Shown here: in pieces, positions 28,350 to 36,988 of the stretch | Position numbering within the stretch: position 1 is the stretch's first letter | How the letters are laid out: every line of letters starts with the position of its first letter | Assembly: GCA_040389905.1 (NCBI GenBank) | Contig: JAZJZK010000015.1 | Span: 64,001 to 128,000 of the forward strand | Direction: 5' to 3' | DNA: 64,000 nucleotides | Source of the DNA: Gemmatimonadota bacterium | GTDB lineage: Bacteria; Gemmatimonadota; Gemmatimonadetes; Gemmatimonadales; Gemmatimonadaceae | Made by a program: the position numbers and the translations under genes | The notes under the pieces: generated by a model | Databases searched by the model: none | The model's input: the letters and a program-made list of their open reading frames with translations, nothing else | What the model was told of the DNA's origin: nothing

Positions 28350-29155
28350 CCGAATTCCAACGCACTCTCCTCGCCGACCTTGCGGCGACACCAAACGACG
28401 ACCGGTATCTGGCGGGTGGTGCCGCTATGCACTTTGCGCCGAATTCCGCGCGATATAGTGACGACCTCGATTTCTTTCACGACTCTGAAGCGCGGGTCAG
28501 TGCCGCATTCGCGGTTGATCGTGCACGCCTTGCCAGTCTCGGCTACGACCTCCAAATCGAGCTGAGCTTGCCCGGTTTCGTGAGGGCTGTTGTCGAACGA
28601 GATGGCGATATCACGAGAATCGACTGGGCGCACGATTCCGCCTGGCGCTTCATGCCGCTCGTGCGCGATCCGCTCGGCGGGCTGTTACTGCATCCGGTGG
28701 ATCTCGCGGTCAACAAGGTTCTCGCGCTAGCGGGTCGCGATGAACCGCGAGACTTCGTCGACATTCTGTTCGTACATCGGGAGGTGTTGTCACTTGCCGC
28801 GCTGTGTTGGGCAGCGCCCGGGAAAGACCCAGGGCTCACACCGCTATCGTTGCTCGAGCTGCTGAAACGGCATGGCCGATATCATCCGGCGGATTTCGAC
28901 CGATTGCAGCTCGCAGTGCCCTTTGACATCGTCGAGGCGAAAGCGACGTGGCTGGAGGCGTTGGCGGGCGCCGACGCGTTCGTGCGCGAGCGACCGGTCG
29001 CGGAGATGGGTTGTCTGTACTACTCGAGTCGTGGCGCGCGCTTCGTCACGCCGCGGAGCGGAGTCTCGCTCGAGGAGGATGGACTTTCAGTCCACTTCGG
29101 CGTGCCGGGCGGCGTGCTCCCCCGCATCGCGGGGGAACGATTGGAGATGCGTTGA
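28340..29155 (+). CDS. AbiEii/MenT-like nucleotidyltransferase (putative toxin)
   Basis: YLAGGAAM...RYSDDLDFF and KVLALAGRDEPRDFVD motifs. Confidence 0.8.
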   Translation: MPLTEFQRTLLADLAATPNDDRYLAGGAAMHFAPNSARYSDDLDFFHDSEARVSAAFAVDRARLASLGYDLQIELSLPGFVRAVVERDGDITRIDWAHDSAWRFMPLVRDPLGGLLLHPVDLAVNKVLALAGRDEPRDFVDILFVHREVLSLAALCWAAPGKDPGLTPLSLLELLKRHGRYHPADFDRLQLAVPFDIVEAKATWLEALAGADAFVRERPVAEMGCLYYSSRGARFVTPRSGVSLEEDGLSVHFGVPGGVLPRIAGERLEMR

Positions 29156-29185
29156 CGTGATGTTCGCGCAGCAAGCAGCGCGTCT

Positions 29186-29604
29186 TTATTCCGACCAGTT
29201 CTCCACTTTCAGTCCGGCGAACGGCAGGAAATCTTTCGCGTTCAGCGTGACCAGAACGAGCTTGTGGCTATGCGCGATGGCGGCGATTTGCCCGTCGACG
29301 AACAGCGTGCGGCGCCCGAGTGCCTCGAGCCGAGCGCGCTCATGGCCGTGCCACAGCGCAGAAGTGTCGTCGGAGGGCAGAATGGGAAACGAGACCTTCA
29401 CAACGTCGTTCAGGTAGCTCTCGAGCGTCGTTCGACGCCGACCGCGTGGAAGACGCCGAACTCCGTACGCCAGTTCGTGCCACACCGGTGCCCCAATGGC
29501 GCACTGGTGACCGCGTTCCTCGAGTCGTCGAACGATGAAAGGGTTCGGTGTTTTCGCGACAGGAGCGGACACAATGCTCGTGTCGAGCAGTACCGTAGCG
29601 TCAC
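29186..29604 (-). pseudogene. vapC: VapC/PIN-domain toxin with a 1-nt frameshift after codon 5
   Basis: The GTG start overlapping the antitoxin stop gives MTLRY, then leaves the PIN frame. PIN motifs (LLDTSIVS, VWHEL, DGQIAAIA, LVTLNAKDF) are in the adjacent frame. Confidence 0.7.
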
Positions 29605-29876
29605 AGCGAAACGTCGCGCCCCGTTCCGCGGTCCCGCACGCCGGAGAAAACATCGTCGCTGTCGATGACATCCGTCGAATGGCGCCGGAGGAACTCTCGG
29701 TAGGTCGAACTAAACTCCTGTCGGGAGTCGCGTAGGCGAGCCAATTCCTCAAGTCCAATGACTGCTGCGACGGGCTTTCCTCTGCGTGTGAGTTGTACCT
29801 CGACGCCGGCCTCGGCCTGATCGACGATTGTCGGAAGCTGGCTGCGTGCCTCAGCGATAGAGTAGCGGTTCGACAT
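29601..29876 (-). CDS. Phd/YefM family antitoxin
   Basis: SIAEARSQLPTIVDQAEAGVEVQLTRRGKPVAAVI, 91 aa. Confidence 0.88.
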   Translation of the reverse strand: MSNRYSIAEARSQLPTIVDQAEAGVEVQLTRRGKPVAAVIGLEELARLRDSRQEFSSTYREFLRRHSTDVIDSDDVFSGVRDRGTGRDVSL

Positions 29877-29882
29877 TCTGAT

Positions 29883-29902
29883 ATGTACATCCACATGTAC
29901 AT
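29883..29902. promoter_or_regulatory. Autoregulatory operator: two ATGTACAT palindromes 12 bp apart
   Basis: ATGTACAT at 29883-29890 and 29895-29902, immediately upstream of the antitoxin ATG. Confidence 0.75.
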
Positions 29903-29932
29903 TTATTACAAGCCCTACCAACACGACTAAAC

Positions 29933-29970
29933 GAAGCGGGCGGAATCTCGAAAGAGACTCCGCCCGCTTC
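29933..29970 (-). terminator. Hairpin terminator of the sigma-70 gene
   Basis: 12-bp perfect outer stem GAAGCGGGCGGA/TCCGCCCGCTTC with an inner TCTC-GAAA-GAGA, followed by GTTT on the minus strand. Confidence 0.7.
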
Positions 29971-29991
29971 AACAACCTGTCGCATGATCGA

Positions 29992-30885
29992 CTACGCCGC
30001 CTGCCAGAACCCCGCAAGCGCACGTCCATCGGGTGACTCGCGCAGCTTTTCAAATGCCCGCTCGCGAATCTGACGAATGCGTTCCCTCGTGACACCCATG
30101 AGCGCGCCGATCTTCTCGAGCGTCATCGGTTCGCCACTCTCATCGAGCCCGTAGTAGAGGAACAGGATCTTCCGCTCGCGCGGCGTGAGGTATTTCCGGA
30201 AGACCTTCTCGATGAATTCCTTCATGAGCTTGTAGTCCGTCACCTCTTCGATCTCGGTGCCATCCACGCCGGCGAACCGTTCGCCGAGCGTAGAGGCTTC
30301 GCGATCCGATCGATCGATCGGTGCGTCGAGCGAGACTTCCGTGGACGACATCTGCTTCGCCGCACGCACCGCCTCGGGCGTTTCTTCGAGGAGCCGGGAG
30401 ATCTCGTTTTCGGTGGGGTCGCGCTTGAGAACCTGGGCGAGGATCGTCTCGGCGCGAGCAAGACGGATGAGCTGCGAATTCTGGTTGAGCGGGATGCGGA
30501 CGCTGCGTGTCTGTTCGGCAAGTGCCTTGAGTACGGCCTGGCGTACCCACCAGACGGCGTACGAGATGAACTTGACACCCTGATCCGGATCGAACTTCCG
30601 AACGGCCTTGAGTAGTCCTTCGTTGCCGATGGCGACGAGCTCACTCAGGTCGAGTCCATGGCCCTGATACTTCTTCACATACGAGATGACGAATCGAAGG
30701 TTCGCCGTGACGAGCCGTTCCGCGGCGGCCTCGTCTCCCTTTTGAGCGAGCCTCGCAAGGCGTCGCTCCTCGGCCGCATCACTGATGAGCGGCAGCTTTT
30801 GTATGTCCTGAAGGTACTGGTCGAATGCGGTGGAGGGGGACGAACGGAAATATCCTTTTGACCTGGTCTCGGTCGCTTGCTCCAT
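29992..30885 (-). CDS. RpoD/SigA-family sigma factor, short form lacking region 1.1
   Basis: QYLQDI, NLRFVIS..KKY, KFISYAVWWVRQ, TLEKIG..MGVTRERIRQI. Confidence 0.92.
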   Translation of the reverse strand: MEQATETRSKGYFRSSPSTAFDQYLQDIQKLPLISDAAEERRLARLAQKGDEAAAERLVTANLRFVISYVKKYQGHGLDLSELVAIGNEGLLKAVRKFDPDQGVKFISYAVWWVRQAVLKALAEQTRSVRIPLNQNSQLIRLARAETILAQVLKRDPTENEISRLLEETPEAVRAAKQMSSTEVSLDAPIDRSDREASTLGERFAGVDGTEIEEVTDYKLMKEFIEKVFRKYLTPRERKILFLYYGLDESGEPMTLEKIGALMGVTRERIRQIRERAFEKLRESPDGRALAGFWQAA

Positions 30886-30971
30886 ACACGCCCCTTACCT
30901 GTGCCGGAAGGTTCTCGGGTCGACCTCAGCTGCACAGAGCCGAGCGCCCGACGTGAGTCAGCAGGACGGCG

Positions 30972-31000
30972 AGGATAATGCTTGGGGAAAAAACCGTCAA
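30972..31000 (-). promoter_or_regulatory. Putative sigma-70 promoter of the sigma factor gene
   Basis: Minus strand reads TTGACG-N17-TATCCT about 85 nt upstream of the ATG. Confidence 0.55.
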
Positions 31001-31212
31001 CAGCGAGTTTGCCAGAATGGCCCCATCCGCAGATTTGTGATGCAGCTAACTTCTGTATTGACAGCGCATTAGAGGGTTACTGAGAAGAATTCGCTGGGAA
31101 TTCATATGTTTGCGGATATTGCTAGTTGGTGCCGAGCTCGCTTCCGCGCCGAAATGCACTTCAAATGCATTGAGGTCAAGGCTTTAGCTGAATTCAGCCA
31201 AGTAACGACGCA

Positions 31213-31298
31213 AGGAGCGGATGTAACGGATGCAACAAAAACGACCAGATCTCAAGCAGGATCAGGTCGTTTCCGTTGCATCCGAGTCATCCGCTCCT
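31213..31298. repeat. Family B-like long palindrome (CGGATG units)
   Basis: 31213-31236 pairs with 31275-31298 at 21/24, plus an inner AAACGACC/GGTCGTTT stem. Confidence 0.75.
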
Positions 31299-31370
31299 AA
31301 CTAAACCCGAGAAGCATGGATTGAACAATTGGCAAATCAGGCGTTACCCGCCCGTTGCGAAGGTCCAGCC

Positions 31371-31550
31371 TCATGTCGCCGGCGGATCCTTCATCTTGCC
31401 ATGCGTCGTTGCGCGAAGAATGCCGAGCCCGAGCAGCACGACGACACCGACGCCGATCCACATCGGGGGGACGTTGAGCAAATACGCGGCGACACCAAGT
31501 CCGATGACCAGGACGATGAAGCCGATGAGGTACGTGCCGAATGAGGACAT
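31371..31550 (-). CDS. Small two-TM membrane protein
   Basis: MSSFGTYLIGFIVLVIGLG... with two hydrophobic helices. Confidence 0.7.
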   Translation of the reverse strand: MSSFGTYLIGFIVLVIGLGVAAYLLNVPPMWIGVGVVVLLGLGILRATTHGKMKDPPAT

Positions 31551-31604
31551 GATCTGTTCCGTTGAGGTCGTTGCGTTAAAAGGCAAGGACGGGACCACAA
31601 CGGA

Positions 31605-32153
31605 CTAGCCAGGCCTATTTGGGCCCCCAAGCTTTCCCGTCAGGACCGTGTCCTTTTTCGCGCCCTTCGGTCGAGGGACGAGCACGGCCGTTCCACGCTG
31701 CCGGCCGAAACTGCGCGCTTCGGAGCACATGGGCGTCCACACGTCGAGCCGGTTGCCCTTGATGTCCTTACCCGTGTCATCCACGAGAAAGCGACCGAAA
31801 TACGTGCGTCCCACGTAAATCTCGATGTAGCGCGCCAGCGGAAAGACGTGCGGATCGGAGGCGACGATGCCTTCGCGAACCCACCGGTCTCGACGCGTGC
31901 GCCCTCGAAGGCAATATGCGGTCACGCTCACGGGCACCGGGTCGCCATACCGCAAGTGCACCGGACGTCGATTCGCCCACTCGGCGGAGGCGCCGAGCAC
32001 CAGTGCACCCTCGAGCTGGAGCGTGGCGGTGACCACGGTCGGCGCAAAAAGGAGGGGCGTTCCCTCGCGAAGACCTGCGCGTATGCGCACAATCGTTAGC
32101 CCGATGGCACAGAGGAGGACGACCACGGTCACCCCTCTCCACCAGGACCTCAC
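31605..32153 (-). CDS. 3D-domain protein (MltA-like, peptidoglycan related)
   Basis: VTAYC...GIVASDP..FPL...DDTGKDIKGNRLDVW. N-terminal TM. Confidence 0.8.
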   Translation of the reverse strand: MRSWWRGVTVVVLLCAIGLTIVRIRAGLREGTPLLFAPTVVTATLQLEGALVLGASAEWANRRPVHLRYGDPVPVSVTAYCLRGRTRRDRWVREGIVASDPHVFPLARYIEIYVGRTYFGRFLVDDTGKDIKGNRLDVWTPMCSEARSFGRQRGTAVLVPRPKGAKKDTVLTGKLGGPNRPG

Positions 32154-33232
32154 AAGTCGGTGAGGAGTTCGAGCACCACTGCGTCATCCACGCGCATGGC
32201 CCACCCGGCCTCCTGCGCCGCCATCGCTCCAATTCGCGTTGGCAACGCATACTCGACGCTGCCGGCGCGTGCTTTCTTGTCGAGACGCGTTGCATCGAGC
32301 ACCGCGGCTGGCGCGAGCGACGACGGGCGCCGAATTGGTAACGACGCGCGACGGAGGACCCGCTCCAACTCCGTTGCCGTGCCCTCGACCGCCACGCCGA
32401 GCCGCTCGGCGAGCGTGGCTTCGAGTACCATGCCAATGGCGACGCATTCGCCGTGCAAGAGCGAGTAGCCGCACGCGTGCTCGATGGCATGCCCGAGCGT
32501 GTGGCCGAAGTTGAGGATCTTCCGCTTGCCCTGCTCGCGTGCGTCACCGCGGACAACGTCCGCCTTGATCTGGACGCTTCGTGAAACGAGATCGAGCGTG
32601 GCGTCGGCGTCCGCCGATTGTAACGCTTCGAGCGTCGTGTCGATATCGCGAAAATATCGTTCATCGGCGATCGCCCCATGCTTGATCGCTTCTGCCAGAC
32701 CGGAGCGCCGCTGTGGCAGCGACAACGTCGCAATCATTTCAACGTCGACGAGGACGGCGGCGGGTTCGTGAAATGCGCCGACGAGATTCTTGCCGGCCGC
32801 GGTATCCACGCCAGTCTTGCCGCCAACCGATGCGTCGATCATCGCAAGGAGCGATGTCGGACATTGCACGACGGGAATGCCGCGCATGAAGGTCGCCGCG
32901 ACGAAGCCCGCGAGATCACCCACGACTCCGCCGCCGACGGCGACGACCGTCGTGTCACGTGCGTGGCCCGCCTCGAGCATCTCATCGGTCAGACGTGCCC
33001 AGCTGTCGCGCGTCTTGTGGGCTTCGCCTTCCGGCACGATGTGAAGTGACACTCGGCCGTGCCCGGAGAGGTTCGACACAATGTCGTCCGCATACAGTGG
33101 CGCGACATGGTCGTCGGTAATCACCGCATACCGGTGGGCTGCTGCGACATCGGTAATCGTGTGCGCGAACGAATGGCGAAGGCCGGCCCCGATATGGACC
33201 CGATACGCGCCGGCGTCGATCGTGTGCGTCAC
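32150..33232 (-). CDS. aroB: 3-dehydroquinate synthase
   Basis: GGGVVGDLAGF, DASVGGKTG, LNFGHTLGHAIE, HGECV. Confidence 0.95.
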   Translation of the reverse strand: MTHTIDAGAYRVHIGAGLRHSFAHTITDVAAAHRYAVITDDHVAPLYADDIVSNLSGHGRVSLHIVPEGEAHKTRDSWARLTDEMLEAGHARDTTVVAVGGGVVGDLAGFVAATFMRGIPVVQCPTSLLAMIDASVGGKTGVDTAAGKNLVGAFHEPAAVLVDVEMIATLSLPQRRSGLAEAIKHGAIADERYFRDIDTTLEALQSADADATLDLVSRSVQIKADVVRGDAREQGKRKILNFGHTLGHAIEHACGYSLLHGECVAIGMVLEATLAERLGVAVEGTATELERVLRRASLPIRRPSSLAPAAVLDATRLDKKARAGSVEYALPTRIGAMAAQEAGWAMRVDDAVVLELLTDL

Positions 33233-33233
33233 G

Positions 33234-33779
33234 CTACCAGGTGACCTCGCCGACGCCGGCGCGCCGGTTCGCGACGCGTGCGAGGGTGAACAGAAGATCG
33301 GAGAGGCGATTCAGGTAGATCACCGCAAGCGGTGGAAGGGTCACGTCGTGCTGGAGCTTGACGACATGGCGTTCTGCGCGACGACACACGGTGCGCGCGA
33401 CGTGCAGCGCGGCGGCTTTTGGCGTATTGCCAGGAAGGATGAACGCGGTGAGTGGCTCGAGCTCCTTCTCCGCGTCGTCGATGGCGTGTTCGAGTTGCTC
33501 GATCCGCGCGTCATCGATGCGAGCTTTCGTGAGGTGTTGCGCCATCTTCTCGCGGTCGGGTGTCGCCAACAGCGCACCGATGGCGAACAGGTCGCGCTGC
33601 ACTGGGACGAGCAGTTCGTCGATCCGTGGCATGGACTCGATGCAACGAGCCAGGCCGAGCGCCGCGTTGAGCTCGTCGACGTCGCCGTATGCTTCCACCC
33701 GCAAATCGTCCTTGGCGACTCGGCCCCCGCCGAACAGGCCCGTCTGGCCGGTATCGCCAGTTTTGGTATAGATCTTCAT
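33234..33779 (-). CDS. Cob(I)alamin adenosyltransferase, PduO type
   Basis: KIYTKTGDTG, YGDVDELNA, RTVCRRAER, YLNRLSDLLF. Confidence 0.93.
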   Translation of the reverse strand: MKIYTKTGDTGQTGLFGGGRVAKDDLRVEAYGDVDELNAALGLARCIESMPRIDELLVPVQRDLFAIGALLATPDREKMAQHLTKARIDDARIEQLEHAIDDAEKELEPLTAFILPGNTPKAAALHVARTVCRRAERHVVKLQHDVTLPPLAVIYLNRLSDLLFTLARVANRRAGVGEVTW

Positions 33780-33888
33780 GGCGCGAAAGATAGCTCGCTC
33801 GCCTGACGGCTCGCTGGACGGAGAACGGCGTAGCTGTTTTTGCCGTCAAGCGGAGGCGCATCGCGCCGAAGCGGGCTAGTTTTCAGCT

Positions 33889-34899
33889 ATGAAAGACATC
33901 ACCATCATCGGCGCCGGGCCGGCCGGATTGTTCGCCCTCTTCTACGCCGGGATGCGCGGCGCAACGGCGCAAGTCGTGGACGCCCTGCCGGAACTCGGCG
34001 GACAGCTCGCCGCATTGTATCCCGAGAAATACATCTTCGATGTCGCGGGATACCCCAAGGTCCTGGCGAAAGATCTTGTGCGCTCGCTCGCCGAGCAGGC
34101 TGCGCAGTTTCAGCAGCCGGTGCATCTCGCGCAGCGTGTGACAGGACTCGAGGAGCGCGATGGACATTTCGTCCTGCATACGACCGCCGGCGAGTTGGAG
34201 TCGAAGTCGATCGTGATCGCCGCCGGCATCGGTGCCTTCTCGCCGCGGCGTTTGCCGCAAGCGTGCGCGGAGCCGTGGTATGGAAAGGGGATCTACGATG
34301 TCGTGACTGACCCGCAGGTATTTGCTGGCCAGCGCGTACTCATCATCGGCGGTGGAGACTCGGCCTTCGATTGGGCGACGCAACTGGCCGGCGTCGCCAC
34401 GCATGTGTCACTCGCGCACCGGAGCGACCGCTTCCGTGCCCATGGGGCAACGATCACGCAATTCCACGGAGATGTCGCGGCCGGACGTGCGTCACTGCAC
34501 ACCTTTCACGAAATCGCCGACGTATTGTGTCGGGGGGAAGGCGAGCGGTTCACGCATGTCGTGCTCCGCGACGTGAAGGCGAAAACGACGAAGGAAATCG
34601 AAGTCGACGTCGTCCTCCCCATGCTGGGTTTCGTCAGCGACATCGGCCCGATCGCGGAGTGGGGGCTGACGCTCGAAAAGGATGAGATCGTCGTCAATCA
34701 GCTGATGGAAACGGGGCGCACGGGCATCTGGGCGGCGGGCGACGTCACCACGTATCCAGGGAAGCTCAAGTTGATCGCCTGCGGATTCAGCGAGGCGGCG
34801 ATCGCCGTGAACCAGGCGGTACACTGGATCTACCCAGAGAAGAAGGTGGCGCCGGGACACTCGTCGAACATGGCGGTGTTCGGGCAGAAGGACGACTGA
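33889..34899 (+). CDS. Ferredoxin-NADP+ reductase (thioredoxin-reductase-like)
   Basis: IIGAGPAG, LYPEKYIFDVAG, GGGDSAFD, YPGKLKLI, GHSS. No CxxC. Confidence 0.85.
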   Translation: MKDITIIGAGPAGLFALFYAGMRGATAQVVDALPELGGQLAALYPEKYIFDVAGYPKVLAKDLVRSLAEQAAQFQQPVHLAQRVTGLEERDGHFVLHTTAGELESKSIVIAAGIGAFSPRRLPQACAEPWYGKGIYDVVTDPQVFAGQRVLIIGGGDSAFDWATQLAGVATHVSLAHRSDRFRAHGATITQFHGDVAAGRASLHTFHEIADVLCRGEGERFTHVVLRDVKAKTTKEIEVDVVLPMLGFVSDIGPIAEWGLTLEKDEIVVNQLMETGRTGIWAAGDVTTYPGKLKLIACGFSEAAIAVNQAVHWIYPEKKVAPGHSSNMAVFGQKDD

Positions 34900-35023
34900 C
34901 CGTAGTGTTCGTGCTGTCGGTGCACCTTCAATCAGCGAGGTCAGGTGCTCAGAAAGTCAGCCGCAGCCTACAGAGTAACAGGGGGGGTGGCGTTCTGGTG
35001 GAGCTGCGGCTGATTGCAGAGCC

Positions 35024-35092
35024 GAGGTGCATGCCCTTCGCTTGCTTGCCCTCGAGGAGCGCGAGCGACGAAGGGCTCAGGGCGACAAAACG
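35024..35092. repeat. Family C unit with an internal insert
   Basis: GAGGTGCATGCCCTTCGCT...GCTCAGGGCGACAAAACG. Confidence 0.75.
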
Positions 35093-35107
35093 AGCTGTCA
35101 CAGCTGA

Positions 35108-35434
35108 TTACAGCGCGCCAGGGTCCGGGTCGCCGATCCTGAATCCGTCCGGGTGTCGGCGCCGCAACTTCTCGAGATTCAACCGCGCCACCTCCGACAG
35201 CGGTATTCCGAGCGTTCTCGCCGCAATCGCAAGACACCAGAGCGCATCGCCAAGCTCGAGCGCAAAAGCCTCGCGATCGAGCGCCCGCCCCTGCATCACG
35301 TGCTTGCGGGCGTGTCCGAGCACTTCACCGGCTTCCTCGGCGAGTCCCGCCGCGGCGTCGAGTAAGCGATTCTCATCATCGAGCGCAGGGTTCAATGTCC
35401 GCGCGGCCGCGTCCTGATATGCGTCGAGGTCCAA
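35108..35434 (-). CDS. MazG-like nucleotide pyrophosphohydrolase
   Basis: GLAEEAGEV...ELGDALW...NLEKL. Confidence 0.85.
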   Translation of the reverse strand: MDLDAYQDAAARTLNPALDDENRLLDAAAGLAEEAGEVLGHARKHVMQGRALDREAFALELGDALWCLAIAARTLGIPLSEVARLNLEKLRRRHPDGFRIGDPDPGAL

Positions 35435-35448
35435 GCGATCAGGTTGCG

Positions 35449-35892
35449 TCAGGGCGCTTTGGTGCTCAGCAGGATGATGACCGGGCCGCCATTGGCATTG
35501 ATCCCGAAGCGCGCCTGCGCCTCGTTGGAATCGAGGTAGCGCATCTCGATGACGTTGCGGATCTCGAGCCCTGTGAGTGCCGACACCGCTTGGAGCGGAC
35601 CAAAATCCTGGGACACTTTCACTTGTCCAGGAGCCGCTGCCGGATCGACGGACCGCAGGGTCTGCGTGCCTCTGGTTCTGAACCAGGCTGGCCGAAGCTG
35701 CTGAATGGCATACTGCGCATCACGCGACTCGATCGCGGGGTCGCTCAGCTCCTCCTTCGTGATGATGTTCTGTACTTTGGCCGTCCGTGTAGCAGCGGTC
35801 GCAGGCTGCGCATCCGTTTGCGGCGCGGGAGTCGTTGCGCAGGCCGTCGCCATGACGACAAGGACGAGCGCGCTGCGGCGAATTCCAAACAC
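35449..35892 (-). CDS. Hypothetical lipoprotein (TonB-plug-like motifs)
   Basis: GGAGG before the GTG start, lipobox MATAC, IITKEEL...AIQQLRPAWF, GGPVIIL. Confidence 0.65.
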   Translation of the reverse strand: MFGIRRSALVLVVMATACATTPAPQTDAQPATAATRTAKVQNIITKEELSDPAIESRDAQYAIQQLRPAWFRTRGTQTLRSVDPAAAPGQVKVSQDFGPLQAVSALTGLEIRNVIEMRYLDSNEAQARFGINANGGPVIILLSTKAP

Positions 35893-35950
35893 AGTAACCT
35901 CCAATGGCCAACCTACGGATTGAGCGGGCGGAAAACGGAGTCTACAGAAC

Positions 35951-36050
35951 GTCGAGGGCATGCACCAGATGCACAGGCGGAAAAGCAGGTGCAGGCCCTT
36001 CGCGTTGCTCAGGGCGACAAAACAAGCCGCTACTCAGGGCGACGAAACGA
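35951..36050. repeat. Family C units (partial left arm, right arm, duplicated end)
   Basis: AGGTGCAGGCCCTTCGCGTTGCTCAGGGCGACAAAAC closely matches the reverse complement of 60420-60456. Confidence 0.75.
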
Positions 36051-36067
36051 GCGGGAACATCATCGAC

Positions 36068-36988
36068 TTATGAATACGTCACGCGAGGATCGGCCTTCGC
36101 GTACGCGACATCTGTAATGAGATTCACCAGGACGAACACCGCACTGAGAAACAGCACCGATCCCTGAATGGCGGGAAGATCACGGCGCGCGATCGCATTC
36201 ACGACGTAGCGCCCAAGACCGGGCCACGAAAAGATCGTCTCCGTCAGGATGCTGCCGGTGAGATAGGCTCCGAAATCGAGTCCCAACACGGTGATGATCG
36301 GAATCATCGCGTTCCGAAGCGCATGACGCGTCACGACGAGACGCTCGCTCAACCCCTTGGCGCGCGCGGTGCGCACGTAGTCCGCCCCCAGAGAATCGAG
36401 CATCGCCGACCGCGTCATGCGCGCAAGGAACGCAATCGAGCGCATGCCGAGCGCGAGCGCGGGAAGGGCGAGGTACCGAATGCCGCCAAAGCCGGAGGGC
36501 GGAAGCCAGTGCAGCGTGACGGCGAAGAGCAGAATCAGCAGGAGTCCCACCCAATACACCGGAAAGCTGATGCCGAGATATGCGACGGCGAGGCCGACGC
36601 GATCGATGACGCCACCGGGGTTCATCGCGCTCAATACGCCGAGTGTCACGCCAAGGACGGTGGCGAGGAGCATGGCTGCGCCGGCGAGTTGCAGCGTCTT
36701 CGGAAAGCGCTCGATGATGTCGCGGCGAATCGGGCGGTTCGTGATGTACGACTTGCCGAGGTCGCCCTTCGCGATGCCGGCGATGTAGTGGCCGAATTGT
36801 ACCGGAAGCGGATCGTCGAGCTTGAGTTCGGCGCGGAGTCGCGCGATGGTGGCTTCATCCGCCCGCTCGCCCACCATCGCCATCACGGGATCACCTGGGG
36901 CGACGTAGAGCAGGAGGAACGCGACAACGAGCACGCCCAACAGGGTTGGGATCGACAGCAGCAGCCGGCGGATGATGAAGGCGCTCAT
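36068..36988 (-). CDS. Peptide/nickel ABC transporter permease (DppB/OppB-like)
   Basis: APGDP, GDLGKS, DYVRTARAKGL (EAA loop), ETIFSWPGLG. Confidence 0.92.
   Translation of the reverse strand: MSAFIIRRLLLSIPTLLGVLVVAFLLLYVAPGDPVMAMVGERADEATIARLRAELKLDDPLPVQFGHYIAGIAKGDLGKSYITNRPIRRDIIERFPKTLQLAGAAMLLATVLGVTLGVLSAMNPGGVIDRVGLAVAYLGISFPVYWVGLLLILLFAVTLHWLPPSGFGGIRYLALPALALGMRSIAFLARMTRSAMLDSLGADYVRTARAKGLSERLVVTRHALRNAMIPIITVLGLDFGAYLTGSILTETIFSWPGLGRYVVNAIARRDLPAIQGSVLFLSAVFVLVNLITDVAYAKADPRVTYS

Noticed and set aside
29186..29902. 238-aa ORF as an N-terminally extended VapC
   Set aside because: The extension overlaps the whole antitoxin gene and starts inside the operator. A frameshifted normal-length VapC explains it better.
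31001..31200. Sigma-54 promoter or IHF sites upstream of the sigma factor gene
   Set aside because: The GG-N10-GC spacing is not met, and the IHF-like matches are too degenerate to support.
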